NCBI GenBank assembly: GCA_000708835.1
Contig: DF237384.1
Location: 1-64,000, forward strand
Direction of reading: 5' to 3'
DNA length: 64,000 nucleotides
Source of the DNA: Klebsormidium nitens
Taxonomy: Eukaryota > Plantae > Klebsormidiophyceae
The translations under genes and the position numbers were made by a program. The notes under the pieces were generated by a model. The model did not search any database. It saw only the letters and a program-made list of their open reading frames with translations, and was not told where the DNA came from. Positions within the stretch are counted from its first letter, which is position 1. The number at the start of each line of letters is the position of its first letter. Positions 37,301-49,300 of the stretch are shown in pieces.

Positions 37301-40300
37301 CCTTTCATCTGCCAGAGTTCACACTTAAAATCGGAGGCTCGTCTTGAAGAGCCGTCTTAGAGCGGACCGGTCATCGCCCTGATAAAGATACTACTTATGC
37401 GTGTCGGTTTATCCCTGCTTGGAGCGCTTTACTGGACAAGCATCACCTTTTTGCGCTCTCACTTTTCCCCTACCAAATCACATCCAGACTGGGTTGTTAT
37501 ACCGTCTTTTACACTCCATCATGCGACTTCTAAGGAGGCAGAAAGCTTGCTGAGGTGCAATTTCATTGTCCGCAGGACGAGGAGCCTTTCGCGTTTTTCA
37601 AGTTCGACACCCTCCTCGACTCCCGCGACGCTGCCAAGTTCTTCCTGGCGGGCCCCCGCACCGCGGCCGCGGGGCAAAACCTGACCTTCTCGGTCCGCCC
37701 ACTCTTCGACCACTACTTGACCGTCAACTCGTTCTCTATCAACGTCACCAGCACGAATTCACTCAAGGCCGTAGCCTCGTTGGACGACGCCTCATGCCGC
37801 GATGGAACAGCGCGCGCGTCGGTGGACTGCGTCTTCACCTTGAACGCAACGCAGTCGGGGACTTATGCCGTCAGCGTATACTTGAGCTCGGAAGAGGTGA
37901 CCAGCAGCCCGGCTAGCTTCGTGATACTACCGGGGCCCCCCTCGGTTCTGCGCTCGTCAGTGACCGGTTCGGCGCAGGCGGCTGCGGGCGACGCGGCCGC
38001 GTATGCGGTCCGCCTTATGGACTTTTTCGGAAACGCAATCACCGCGGACGTCGTCCTCGAGTTTTCCGGCCCAACTCCGGCGTCCGTTCCGCAGCTGATT
38101 CCGGCGGCATACAACGGAAGCCAAGCGGTGTACACAGCGAAGGCGTTCCTGTCCGCCCGGGGCAGCTACAACATCACTGCAAAAGCTGTGGTTGCTGCCG
38201 ACAACGGTGGCGGCAGCCTAGGCGTTTCCTCGCTTCCCTTCGGTCAGCCGCTGATCGTTAAGCCGGGGCCGCTCAACGCAACGCGCGTCAGGGAGTCGCT
38301 CCAGGGGCCCGCCCTGCAGGACGCGGCCGCGGGCGCGCCGCTCTCCATCATAGCGTATCCCCTTGACGCATACAATAACCCGCTGGGCCCGACGGAAACT
38401 GGCGGCGTGGCAATGCGTGTGATCGTCCGCAACGGAAGTGACGTCACGTTGGTGGATCAGGCACTAAGCTGGGCGGACGGCGATACTGTCCTGAAGGGGG
38501 GCCGGATTTTTTTGACCGCGGCCGGTGCTTATAACGTCTCCGTTGTTCTAAGCATCGGCGACAGCCCCTCGAGTCTGGTGTACAACAAGTCCATTACGGT
38601 CACGGCGGCGGAGTGGGTCTTGGCCCAGACGCGAGTGTTTGGACTCGCGAGCGTGAGGGCCGGAGACCTTGGCACCTTCCAAGTTCAGCTAAGGTGAGTT
38701 GTATTGTTGAAGTGGAAAGTGTACTTTCCTTCAGACTTCCACTGAAATTCATGCCAGTCCATGTTCAATTGAAGTGAGGCAAAAACAAGGTTCATACCCG
38801 ACTTTCCTTGAATCTCGGTTGGCCATGTGAACTTCCATTGGTCCATGTGAGTAGAATCCTCACGAGTAGCATCTGTGTCACAAATGGAGAGCAAAGGTGA
38901 AAGAACAGATTTGAAATCGAAGCATTCCGTCCATCTCAATCGTGAATTCGCAGCACTTCGAACTGGGGTCTCTCACGTTGGAACGTGTTGCCTGAGGATC
39001 TCGATCCAGGGTGCTTGACCTGGACTCCTCCTTGAGAAATTCTCGTTGCAAACGAGGCTGATGACCAGACTCGACATTTCAATTTGATTGACAGTCCGAG
39101 TCTAGTCATTGTCAAATGATCAACTTCCGAGCAGCTTAATCCGGCCATGCTAATTCCCAAAATCTCTGCGCGTGCTCAAATCGTCCGCAAAAAGAATCTT
39201 GTGCTGGGGTCCTTCCGTAAGTTCCTTGAGTTGCCCGCCAATCAAAGGCGTGAGAAGAAAGCTTGGAAAAATTCAAATCAAAGTAGATATCATCACTTAG
39301 CATTCCTCAAATACTTCAACGTGGGCAGTACAAAACCTTAAGCATTAAGCAGCACTCAGCTATGTAAGTGGCCAAAAGTACCTCGTGTTTCCCAGCTTTG
39401 CGGAAGGGAAAATGGATGAGATCCACTTTTCAGGGACGCCTACGGCAACGCCGCACCTGGCGACGCCTCTCTCTTCAACACAAGCTACTTAGGCCTGCTT
39501 CCCGACAACGCCCAGAAACTGGTCCTCGGCTCCGATATGACCGTTAAATCTGGCGCCCAAGCCGGCCTGTTCACATTCTCATACCGGGGGACCGTTGCGG
39601 GTCAATACGGTATCCACCTCGCACTGCGTATGGAAAGCGTGCCAGGGGTGGATGCCCTCGGTAACCTGGTGATAACCCCCGGGTTTGCGGCGTCGGTGAC
39701 GTCGACGGTCAGGGGCACCGGGCTCCAAGACGGCATGGCCCTCAACGCGCGGAGCTTGTACCTGACGGTGTATGACACGTGAGCATCGGCTGAGAATCCG
39801 GTCTTGACTCTGTGTGCACTCGGCTTGATTATGACGCTTGTATCCTTTTTCTTTAACCATGTTCGCTGCAGGGGAAAGCAGGACTCGCAGGGACGGGAAA
39901 GGTGATGTTGCACCGTTTTAAAACGGTGGTCCAATCTGGCTCCTTTGCCGCGACTTAACGTGAAGTTACTTCTATAATTGTCGGATTCCCTCACCTATAG
40001 TGGTTAGGTAGTATTTTGGAAAGGGCTGGCGACGGTGAGATCTGGACAATGTTGAATTTCTTCTAGTCCGAACGTATCCTTCGACCAGGCCTCTTGGTTT
40101 CAAATCCCGTGAGTGATTTGCGTTTTCTGCGCTACCTTTGCAAAGAAGATGTCTCTGAGCCTACAAGTCAAAAATGCACTTTACTCCCTTTTCACTGGAC
40201 TTGTGGGCTGCCACACATCAGACAGAATACAGTGCATGTTTTCTTGGAATTCACTTTTTGAATCCGCTCGTCAGGTACGGAAACCTTCGGTCCAGCGGCC

Positions 40301-43300
40301 TTCCGTCAGACGACCAGCTGTCGGTAGCTCTCTCTCTCACCACCGCCGACCAGCAGATCGAAACGGTCCCCTTTACGGGGCCCGCTTTCAACTACACCGC
40401 CGGCCAGTACGCGATCACCTACTCCGTCTCCAAAGGAGGCACTCTCAGCACAACCGTCACAATCGCCGGCCATCCAGTGACGGGAAGCCCGTTCGCGGCG
40501 ACCATCATGCCCCTTCCTGCCCCATCCCCGTCGCCATCTCCGTCGCCGTCACCGTTACCGTCACCGTCCGTCTCGGCGGCCCCGTCGCCCTCCCCCTCTA
40601 GTTCGCCTGCGCCCTCCGCCTCCCCGTCTCCTTCAAGCTCTGCCGCCCCCTCTAGTTCGCCTGCGCCCTCCGCCTCACCATCCCCTTCAAGCTCTGCCGC
40701 CCCCTCTAGTTCACCGTCTCCGTCGACTTCCGCCGCACCCTCCGCGTCGCCCTCCCCATCTACTTCTGCAGCCCCCTCGAAGTCGCCTTCCCCCTCAAGC
40801 TCTGCCACCCCGTCTGCTTCTCCTTCCCCCTCTAGTTCTCCTGCCCCTTCTTCATCTCCCTCCCCTTCTAGTTCATCCTCCGCCTCCCCCTCTGCTTCCG
40901 CCTCCCCGTCTCCCTCTCTATCCGCTTTCCCATCTTCATCCCCCTCCCCTTCCGCATCTCCTTCGCCCAAGCCTTCGCAATCGACGTCTCCTTTCCCGTC
41001 GACTTCTCCCTCCCCTTTGCTCTCTGCCAAACCGTCAACCAGTCCTTCTCCCAGTCAATCTGCGTCCCCCTCTACTTCAAATTCACCATCGCCGTCGACC
41101 TCCCTGTCTCCCTCACCTTCGATCTCTCTCTCGCCTTCACCCTCCGCATCGCTTTCTCCAAGTTCAAGCCCCTCACTCTCCACGCAGCCCTCGTCCTCTC
41201 CCTCTCCATCCCCTTCCACGTCAGCACAGCCCTCGCCATCCACGTCAGCATCGCCGTCCACGTCAGCACAGCCCTCGCCATCCACGTCAGCATCGCCGTC
41301 CACGTCAGCAAAGCCCTCCCCCTCGCCTTCTCCATCACAGTCGGCGCAAGCCTCCCTCTCTCCGTCCCCCTCTCTTTCTCCGTCCCCCTCCACTTCTGCG
41401 GTGCCTTCCCCGAGCGCGTCTCCTTCCCCCTCCCCCTCGGCGTCGCCTTCCGCCTCGCCCTCCCCGTCCCCTTCCCCGGCCAGAATCCCGGCAAATGCCA
41501 GCCTGTCTCTCCTGGGCGGGCCAGGCATCACCGGGAGCGTGCAGGGGACGAAGAGCAGCATCAAAATCACCGCCGTGTAAGTTTCAAACAGAACTAGTTC
41601 GTTGGTGCGCTCTTTGAACGTTTTGGGGGTGCAAAGAAGGATTCTTGCTTCCTACTTTCCTGAGATAGAGGTTGGAGATTTTGCATCTCCTTCAGGAAGG
41701 TAAAATCTGTCGTTGTTTTAAGTCCCTTCGTATTGCTTGGAGGTAGTCTCGCAGTATACATACCTGTTTTTGAGAAAATTGTTGAAAAGATGGCCTCCAA
41801 TCTGAATCAGTGCGTACCACGCAGCGACTCTCAAGTCTACACTTTCTCCAAGACAAAGGAGCCACGCTCGCACGCTCTGAATCAAGTAGCAGTTTTCCGA
41901 ACTTCCGCAGGCAAAGACCATAATTTGATTTTCGCTCATCAATGAATCTCGATCACCGCCTTGAGAGTCTCAACTTTCCAAAGCTGTTTTTTCCTGAAGT
42001 TCACATTGCGATGTACCATCTTGCGGTTCCCATTCTAAACTTATTTTGGCGCTTTTTGCAGCAACTCGTTCGGCGGCGCAGTCACGAGCGGGGGGGACCC
42101 CTTCACAGTGCGCATCGTCAACGGCACGTGCACCGCCGCCACGTGCAGCGCTTACGTCACCGACCACGCCGACGGCACATACACCGTCACCTACTCGTTT
42201 TCTTCCCCCGGGGTATACCAGCTGAAGATTTCGCTGAACGGGGTGCCAGTCGGAAGCGGGACCGCCGCCCCCAGCCCCCTGTTCCTGACCATTCTAAACA
42301 AGAACGCCCTTCTAGTTCTCGACCCAGCCGCCACTACCGCTTCCGGCAAGGGCCTCGGAGGAAGCATTGCCGGCGTCCCAGGGAGCTTCGTCATCTATGC
42401 AAAGGACAAGAACGGCCTTTCTCTGGTCGTGGGCGGCGCGCAGTTCTCCCTTTCCCTGACGCCCAATTCGTCCGTAACCACCGCGGTCATCGACAACCTC
42501 GACGGAACCTACAGTGCCTCGTATACTGCCACAAAGGCTGGGCCCTACACAGCGCGTCTCTTTTACAACAAAACCATCCCGGTTAGCGCGGTCTCGGGGC
42601 ATGCGCTGAACGTAACCCCCGCCGCGACCGCGGCCGCCAACACGACACTTGCCGTGCCATTCGTGGCGAAGGCGGCCGCGGGGTCTGCCCTCGTGGCGAA
42701 GATCGCCCCAGCTGACGTGTATGGAAACCCGGTGGCTTACGGCTCAGGTTACGACCCCGCAAATGACGTGTTCGTGCTCCTGATTGCTGACGTCACGTCA
42801 GGCCACCGGACGTTTAACCCCGCGGTCTTAACCGACAATGTCTACCAAATATCCACGAACCTGACGACCGCCGGACCGTACGAATTGACCGTTCAACTGG
42901 GGGGGGTGCCTATCGCCACGCCCAAAGCAACGGTAACGATACTCCCCGGGGCGATGAGTGCAACCAAGAGCAGCGTCCAAGGAAGCACTTTCCAGTCCAC
43001 CGCGGGTTCGGAAGCATATCTACAGCTCAGCCTGCTCGACGCCTTCGGGAACGCGGCCGCGGCGGGCGCGTCTTGTACTGCTACGTTCACGGGCGCGACT
43101 GGCGCCGGCGCGGTTTGGCCGTGCGACGCGGCCTCGCGGGTGAAGTATAACCTGACGGTGGCGGATACTTATACAGTGCACGTCGTCGCGGCTCAGGGCG
43201 CGGCCAGCATTTCTGTCGGGGCGGTCTCCGTTTCCGTTCTGCCCGCCGCGCAAAGCGCGCTTGCAAGCAGCGCGAGCGGCCCCGGGCTGACCCAAGCGCG

Positions 43301-46300
43301 CGCGGGCGTGGCCGCAAATTTCACCATTCTGACTTCCGACCTGTATGGCAACCCCGTCGAGGGGCAAGCGAGCGGTTTCATTGTCCAGCTCATAAGCGAT
43401 GCGAAGGGCTTCACGACTGTTGGAAACGTGTCGAGCAACGCTGACGGGACGTTGGTGGGCAGCTATACGGTGACCGCCGCGGGCACGTACAAGTTATGGG
43501 TGAAAGTCGGGGGAGTTGCTATTGGAAGCGGCACGCCATTCGTGCTGACTGTGAAGCCCGCTTATACAAGCGCAGCTAATACGTATGCGCGGCTGGCCGG
43601 CTCTTCCGTCCCGCTGAGCAGCGGAACAGTTGCGAGCGTCACAGCGGGGCAGACAGGGCAGATTGTCATCCGTGCCGTCGATATGTTCGGGTACTCCCAA
43701 GTGGACGGGAGCAGCGGGAAGCAGAAAGTGGTTGATAAGTTTGCGGCCGCGTTTGGACCATCAACGGTGATGGAGAATGACGCCCTGGTTCCGACTGGTG
43801 CCGCGCTGGGGAGCACCGTTGATAATGGGGACGGTGAGCAGCGGTCCAGCTTGTGGACTCTAATGTATTTCTCGTGAAACTAGTACTTGCAGCTAATCCA
43901 TAAAGTGGCGGCCGAGTAAAATTATAAGGATTCTTTGAAGGATCTCAATTGTTAGTTGCCACAAGGAACTTAATTGCCTCTGGTGCCAGTTGAGGTCTTA
44001 GCAGGCGATGGTTCCTCAGGAGTAGGTCTCACTGTATAACGAAACGTGTAAACTATCAGCCTGGATGACACGTTTGATTTTTGCACTTGCTTGTGTGCTT
44101 CCAGTCCTAGTCGTTTTTTATCTCGGCAGTTCAGAAGATGCCAATTTATCTTGCTGGCAAAAGAATGGTTAAAGTACTCGGGGAATAAAAGTTGGCTTCT
44201 AAACAGTGCTTTTAAAAAGTGCTTTCAAAGGATATTTTTCTGCCAAACTCGTCCTTCAAAAAGTACCGTCCTGGCTTTCTTTTCAGTTGCCAAAAGTTTG
44301 CAATTGTAGAGATAAAAAACTTTTCCTGATCCAGAGATATGGCAGGCTGGAATCGGTGGATGAGAAAATGGTCTTGCACAGAACTGCTGCCCAAGAAGGG
44401 CCTGCCCGCTACCAACCGCGAAAAAATTGTTCCTCCAACTCTTGCAGGCACATACAACATCTCGTTCTCGGCGACCAAGTCCATGAACGGCACCGTTCCT
44501 TTGACCTTCTCCCTTTCCGTCACTCTCATGACCGGCGCGGGTGGCGCTGCGCCGATCTCCGGAAGCCCATTCCTCTTCACCGTCACTTCGGGGGCGGTCA
44601 ACCCTTCCTCCTCCGTCTTAACCCAAGTCAGCAACGGCGAGTCCAGCGTGGGGCTGACGTCATCCTTCCTGCTGACCACAAGGGACGCGTACGGAAACAA
44701 CGGGCAGTACGTACCGGGAACCTTTTACGCGGTTACGGCGGACGCGGTGACGACCATGCCGGCCGCGGCCGGCGTTGGGCAAACGGCGGCCGCGAGCATC
44801 ATGGCCATGCTCCGGGACACTTCTACCGGGCAATCGAGGGCCCCTGAGGCAGCGGGGCTGCTTTTCGTTGGCGCCCGGTTCTCCAACGTGACTAACAACT
44901 ACGACGGAACCTACACCCTGGTACTGACAACTCTCCAGGCGGGGCCGTATAACATAACCGCCAGGATCAACAACGTGGTGGTTCAACCGGTCAGCGGGTA
45001 CACGCTTCTTAACCAGGTTGTGCCACCGGGCCAAGACGCCCCGGGCGCCTTCACGGCGACCGGCCCAGGAATCGGCGCGCTTAGCGTGGTCGCTGGCACG
45101 GATGCGCAGTTAACCGTCCAGGCGCGCGATCAGTTCGGCAACCCGACAAGCACCAACGTGAGCGCGCTCGTGCAAACCCTAGTGGCAAGCTTCCAGGTCA
45201 TGTCCGGGACGTCCAGCAGCTTCGTAACGCTGACGGGCGTTTCGGCCGTCACCGTTTCCGCACCCCGGGAGGGAGCGCCGGGCCAAATCGTGGTCCCCTT
45301 CCGGCCGCTCAAATCGGGTAACCTGCTTAGCTCCCTCAAGATTGGTAGCAGCCCGGTTTCAACTCTCAAGGGGAGCCCATACTCGGGCGTCGTTCTCCCG
45401 GGAGAGCCGGCCGCGGCCGCGTGCGTTGCCACCGGCCCCGGTCTGCGCGGCGCGCTCGTGTGCGCGAGTGGAGGGACGTCATCCTGCGCCAACGCGAGCA
45501 TCACGCTCCTGCCCATGGACTCCAACGGCAACCTGGTCATAGATCCGGCACAGGGTACGAGCCCAAAGGCCGCCACGTGTCAGCGCTTCGGAGTTTCATT
45601 CTCGAGCCCGAAGTTGGTCAATATGGGCGACATTCAGGCGGACGTAGGCAGATGCGTGGTCGCCTACAGCGCCACACAGAGCGGCGCGCAGCGGATCACC
45701 GTCACTTTTGACGGCCAGATTGTCGGGGCGTATGACGCGACGATCCGGCAGGGGGTGGGTTCCGCTGACGCCAATGAGAGCATATTGACCGGGGACGGAA
45801 TCAACTCCGTTATAAAGGCGGGACAGCCGGCTGGCCTCAACATCACTTTGATTGACCGGAACGGACTTGCTCTACCCAACGGAGAGGGAACGACGGTCCT
45901 GGCCACAGTAACCCCAAACACCATGACGGGAACAAACCCGGTTATTGCCTTCACCGACAACCGGAACGGACAATATTTGGCTCGGTTCACGCCGCTGGTA
46001 ACCGGGGTCTTCACCGTGGTTATCACCATCAACGGCCAGCCGCTCAGCCAGAACGCTGCCGGGTTCAACATAACCGTGGCGTCCGCGGTAACCGACCCCA
46101 GTTCGACCCGGGTTAACATCCTGCCCAACGCTCCGGTGAAGCGCGTACCCGACTTTGTAACCGTCCAGATCTCCCCCCTGGACACTAACTTCAACCCCCA
46201 GGACTACGTCATCCCGTCAACCGACGCCTTTTCCGTTGCCGGGAGCCGCCCGGACGGATCGACGTTTGCCCTGACGGCGTCCAAAATCGCGTCAGCATCG

Positions 46301-49300
46301 GCGGCGGGTTACGTCTACATGGCCAGCTTCGCCCCGCTGCAGATGGGCGCTTACAGCCTGCAAGTGCTCTGGTCCAACGGGGGTGACGTCAGCAGCTACG
46401 TGGGCGGCGTGAGCAACGTGTATTCGATCAACGTGGTGCAAGGACCTGCTTTCCCGGCCCAGACGGTGCTGCGCGGGCTGGGCGTCACGCAGGCGTCGGC
46501 GGGCGTGAAGGCCTCCTTCTCGGTCATCCTGAGCGATGCAGGTGAGCTCTCTTGGAAGATCACATTGGAGGATCTCGTGTCGTCAACGTTGTAATACTGC
46601 TGTACGCTACTGTATACTGTATACGTCAGAAAAACTACACGTCAATTCAGCCGTTCCTAGACTTTCATTTCGCTCCGGGAACACTGACGCCTGAGCCGCG
46701 GTCTTGCAGGCGGGAATCGCATCACTTCCAAGAACGATCTGGTGGCTGCCAACGTCACAGGCCAGGTGACGTCCAGCTGGACGGCCGCCACCGTTCCCGT
46801 CAACATGACGGTCGTCCTCACGGAGGGCCAAGCAGGCTACGTAGGCGGCTACGTGCCTCTGCAGAGCGGCCCCGCGTATCTGGACGTCTTTGTGGGAGGG
46901 AAGATGCTCAGGTTTCCGAACCTCACAGTCAACGCAGGTAAGATCGCCTCGGTTAGTGCAGTCAGAAAATGGAGGCTTCACGTTGTATTGTCCGCTCTAT
47001 TCAGCGGAGGAATGCACGCACGCATGGTTACGAGATTTTACAGCTGTCCTTTGCGCTGGTTGGATGATCAGCAAGGTATGGATGGAAGCTTCTTGAACGT
47101 GCTCCTTTTATGGGTGAGCGTTTGACTCCTGGTTATACTCTTTCTGCGCTTATTTGAGCTTCTATCTTGACCGAGTTTCAGCTGGAACTTTCTAGACGCC
47201 TGTCCCTCGGTTCTTGCACTGCCGCAGAGCCTTTGTTTCTTGTACACTCGTCCGGCACCCTGTTTCTTCCAGACCCGGCCCTTTGTGATCTCCAGTCCCC
47301 TTCCTCGCAGGCGAGATTGACACCAAGTCTTGCTCTGCCGCTCTCGTGGGCACGGAGCTTCTGGGAGTGTATTCCGTGCCGGCCGGAGTCTCGTCAAAGA
47401 TCTTGGTGTATGCCCGGGACTCGTACGGGAATCCCGTCACTTCCGGCACCGCGACTTTCTCCGTCACATTGCAAAACGCGGCCGCGAACGCGTTCCTCCG
47501 CCCGGACTCCGTCAGCTTTGTGAAGGACCATTACGAGGTCGCTTACACGCCCGCAAAGGCCGGGGTCTACCAGGTAAGCAACACGCGTGCCAGGCTTATC
47601 TATATCTCGTTTTCTTGGTAACTACCAAGTCCTCTTGAAGCGATAGTTGTCAGGTCTGTCAAAGGATCGAGGTCCGAGTTCGTACAAGAGTAGTTTAGCC
47701 GTTTAAGGATTGCTTCATATAGCAGCTTCGTCAAATGGTTCTGGATTTCCTGATTGCCATGAATGCTTTTTACAGATGTAGATGCTTTCCTTCTGTTTGA
47801 TTTCCGACCTGCTGCTCAGAAGAGGCAGCAGCGGGCACCATTGAAGCAGAACAGTTGTCTACAGTCTGGCCTGGACATAATCACCACATCACTAAATTTG
47901 AAACTCAACACAAAGATCCGCGGCTCTGTGCACATGCTACCTCAAACACTCCACCCTTCTTTTTGCAGATTGGAGCTCACGACCCGAATCCCCACTGACT
48001 CTCGACGCCTTCGGTCCCTTCATTCTCCTGTTAACGCACCTGACTTGTGTCGGACTCCCCCCTCGCAGATCACCATTAAGCGTGGCCAGGACCCCATTGG
48101 CGGCGGCCCTTACTCCGTCACCGTCCGTCCGGGCGCCACTTCGAGCGCGGCCTCCAAGCTCCTCCCCTCCTCCGCGGCAAACTGTACCGCGGGCGGCTCG
48201 CACGCTGTAACGGTGCAAGCCTACGACGATCAGGGGAACCCCCAGACCTCTTCCGGCGACAACTTCTACGTGAGCATCACCGGGAGCAACGCCTGCTCGG
48301 GGGCGATGAGCCCAATCGGTTCCGGCCTGTATTCCTTCAGCTGCCCCTGTGTTTCCGCCGGGAAAGCCAAGGGCGGGTTGACCGTGACGCTGAAAACGGC
48401 CGCCGGGATGGACACCGTGGCGGCCAACCTGCCCCTGACCACGGTTCCCGGGCCGGTTAACGTGACCAACTTTCAGGTTAGCGGGGAAGCGCTGGCGGGG
48501 TTGGTCGCCGGGACCCCCGCTTCGTTGCTCCTGACCGCCAGAGACTCGGCCCTGAATCAGCTCTGGGCGGGCGGGCTCAGCGTCTCCGTCACGCTGACGT
48601 CAGTCGCGGCGGGCGCAATCAGGGCCAACGTCACCGACAACCGGGACGGTACTTACACTGCCTCGCCCGTGGTGGTCTCCGCCGGAACGTACCAGCTGAA
48701 CGCCAACCTGGCCGGAACCTCGTTCTACAGTACCAGCGTGTCCGTCCAGGCGGCCGCGCCCGCGCCCGACTTAACGGTGGTGACTCTCCCGGTCGCTTTC
48801 ACCTCCGGCCAACCGGGCACGTTCTCAGTCCAACTCGTCGATCGGTTCCTTAACCCGGTTGGCACTCCCGACCTGGTTAATGTACAAACCGCCCAGGTTT
48901 CCTCCGTCTCCAGCGCATCTGGAGGCGTGATTTCGCTGCCTGTCGCCATAGCCCAGGACCCGGTAAGGTCTGTGTACACAGTTACGCTAACCCCAGTTGC
49001 GGCGGGGGTGGTCAGACTCTCTCTCGTAGTTGGCAAGAAAGCTGTTGTGAATTCCACAACGGGGTTGGCCTACACGGCTGCAGTTAACCCGGGGATCATC
49101 TCGCCGGCAAACTGCCTGGTTGCCGGGTCCGGTTACCTGGCTGGCGCGGCGTCCAACCGGGAGGCCAGCTTTTTCATCACGGCCCGTGACGCAAACAACA
49201 CCGTCGGAGACCTTCTCTCAGGCAAAACTTTCTCCGTCACCTTTTCGGACCCCACGGTTACGTTAACCGGTCCAATCACACGACAGGGCGGGGGAGTCTT

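Noticed and set aside
39872-39901. Possible 30-nt in-frame micro-exon
   Set aside because: Inclusion would break the VYDT|YGN filamin motif, and the donor (GTGATG) is weak.
40419-41570. Minus-strand Gly/Glu/Asp-rich ORFs (203 and 171 aa)
   Set aside because: They are antisense shadows of the Ser-Pro tract (TCN CCN reads as GA/GG codons) and have no independent splice or domain support.
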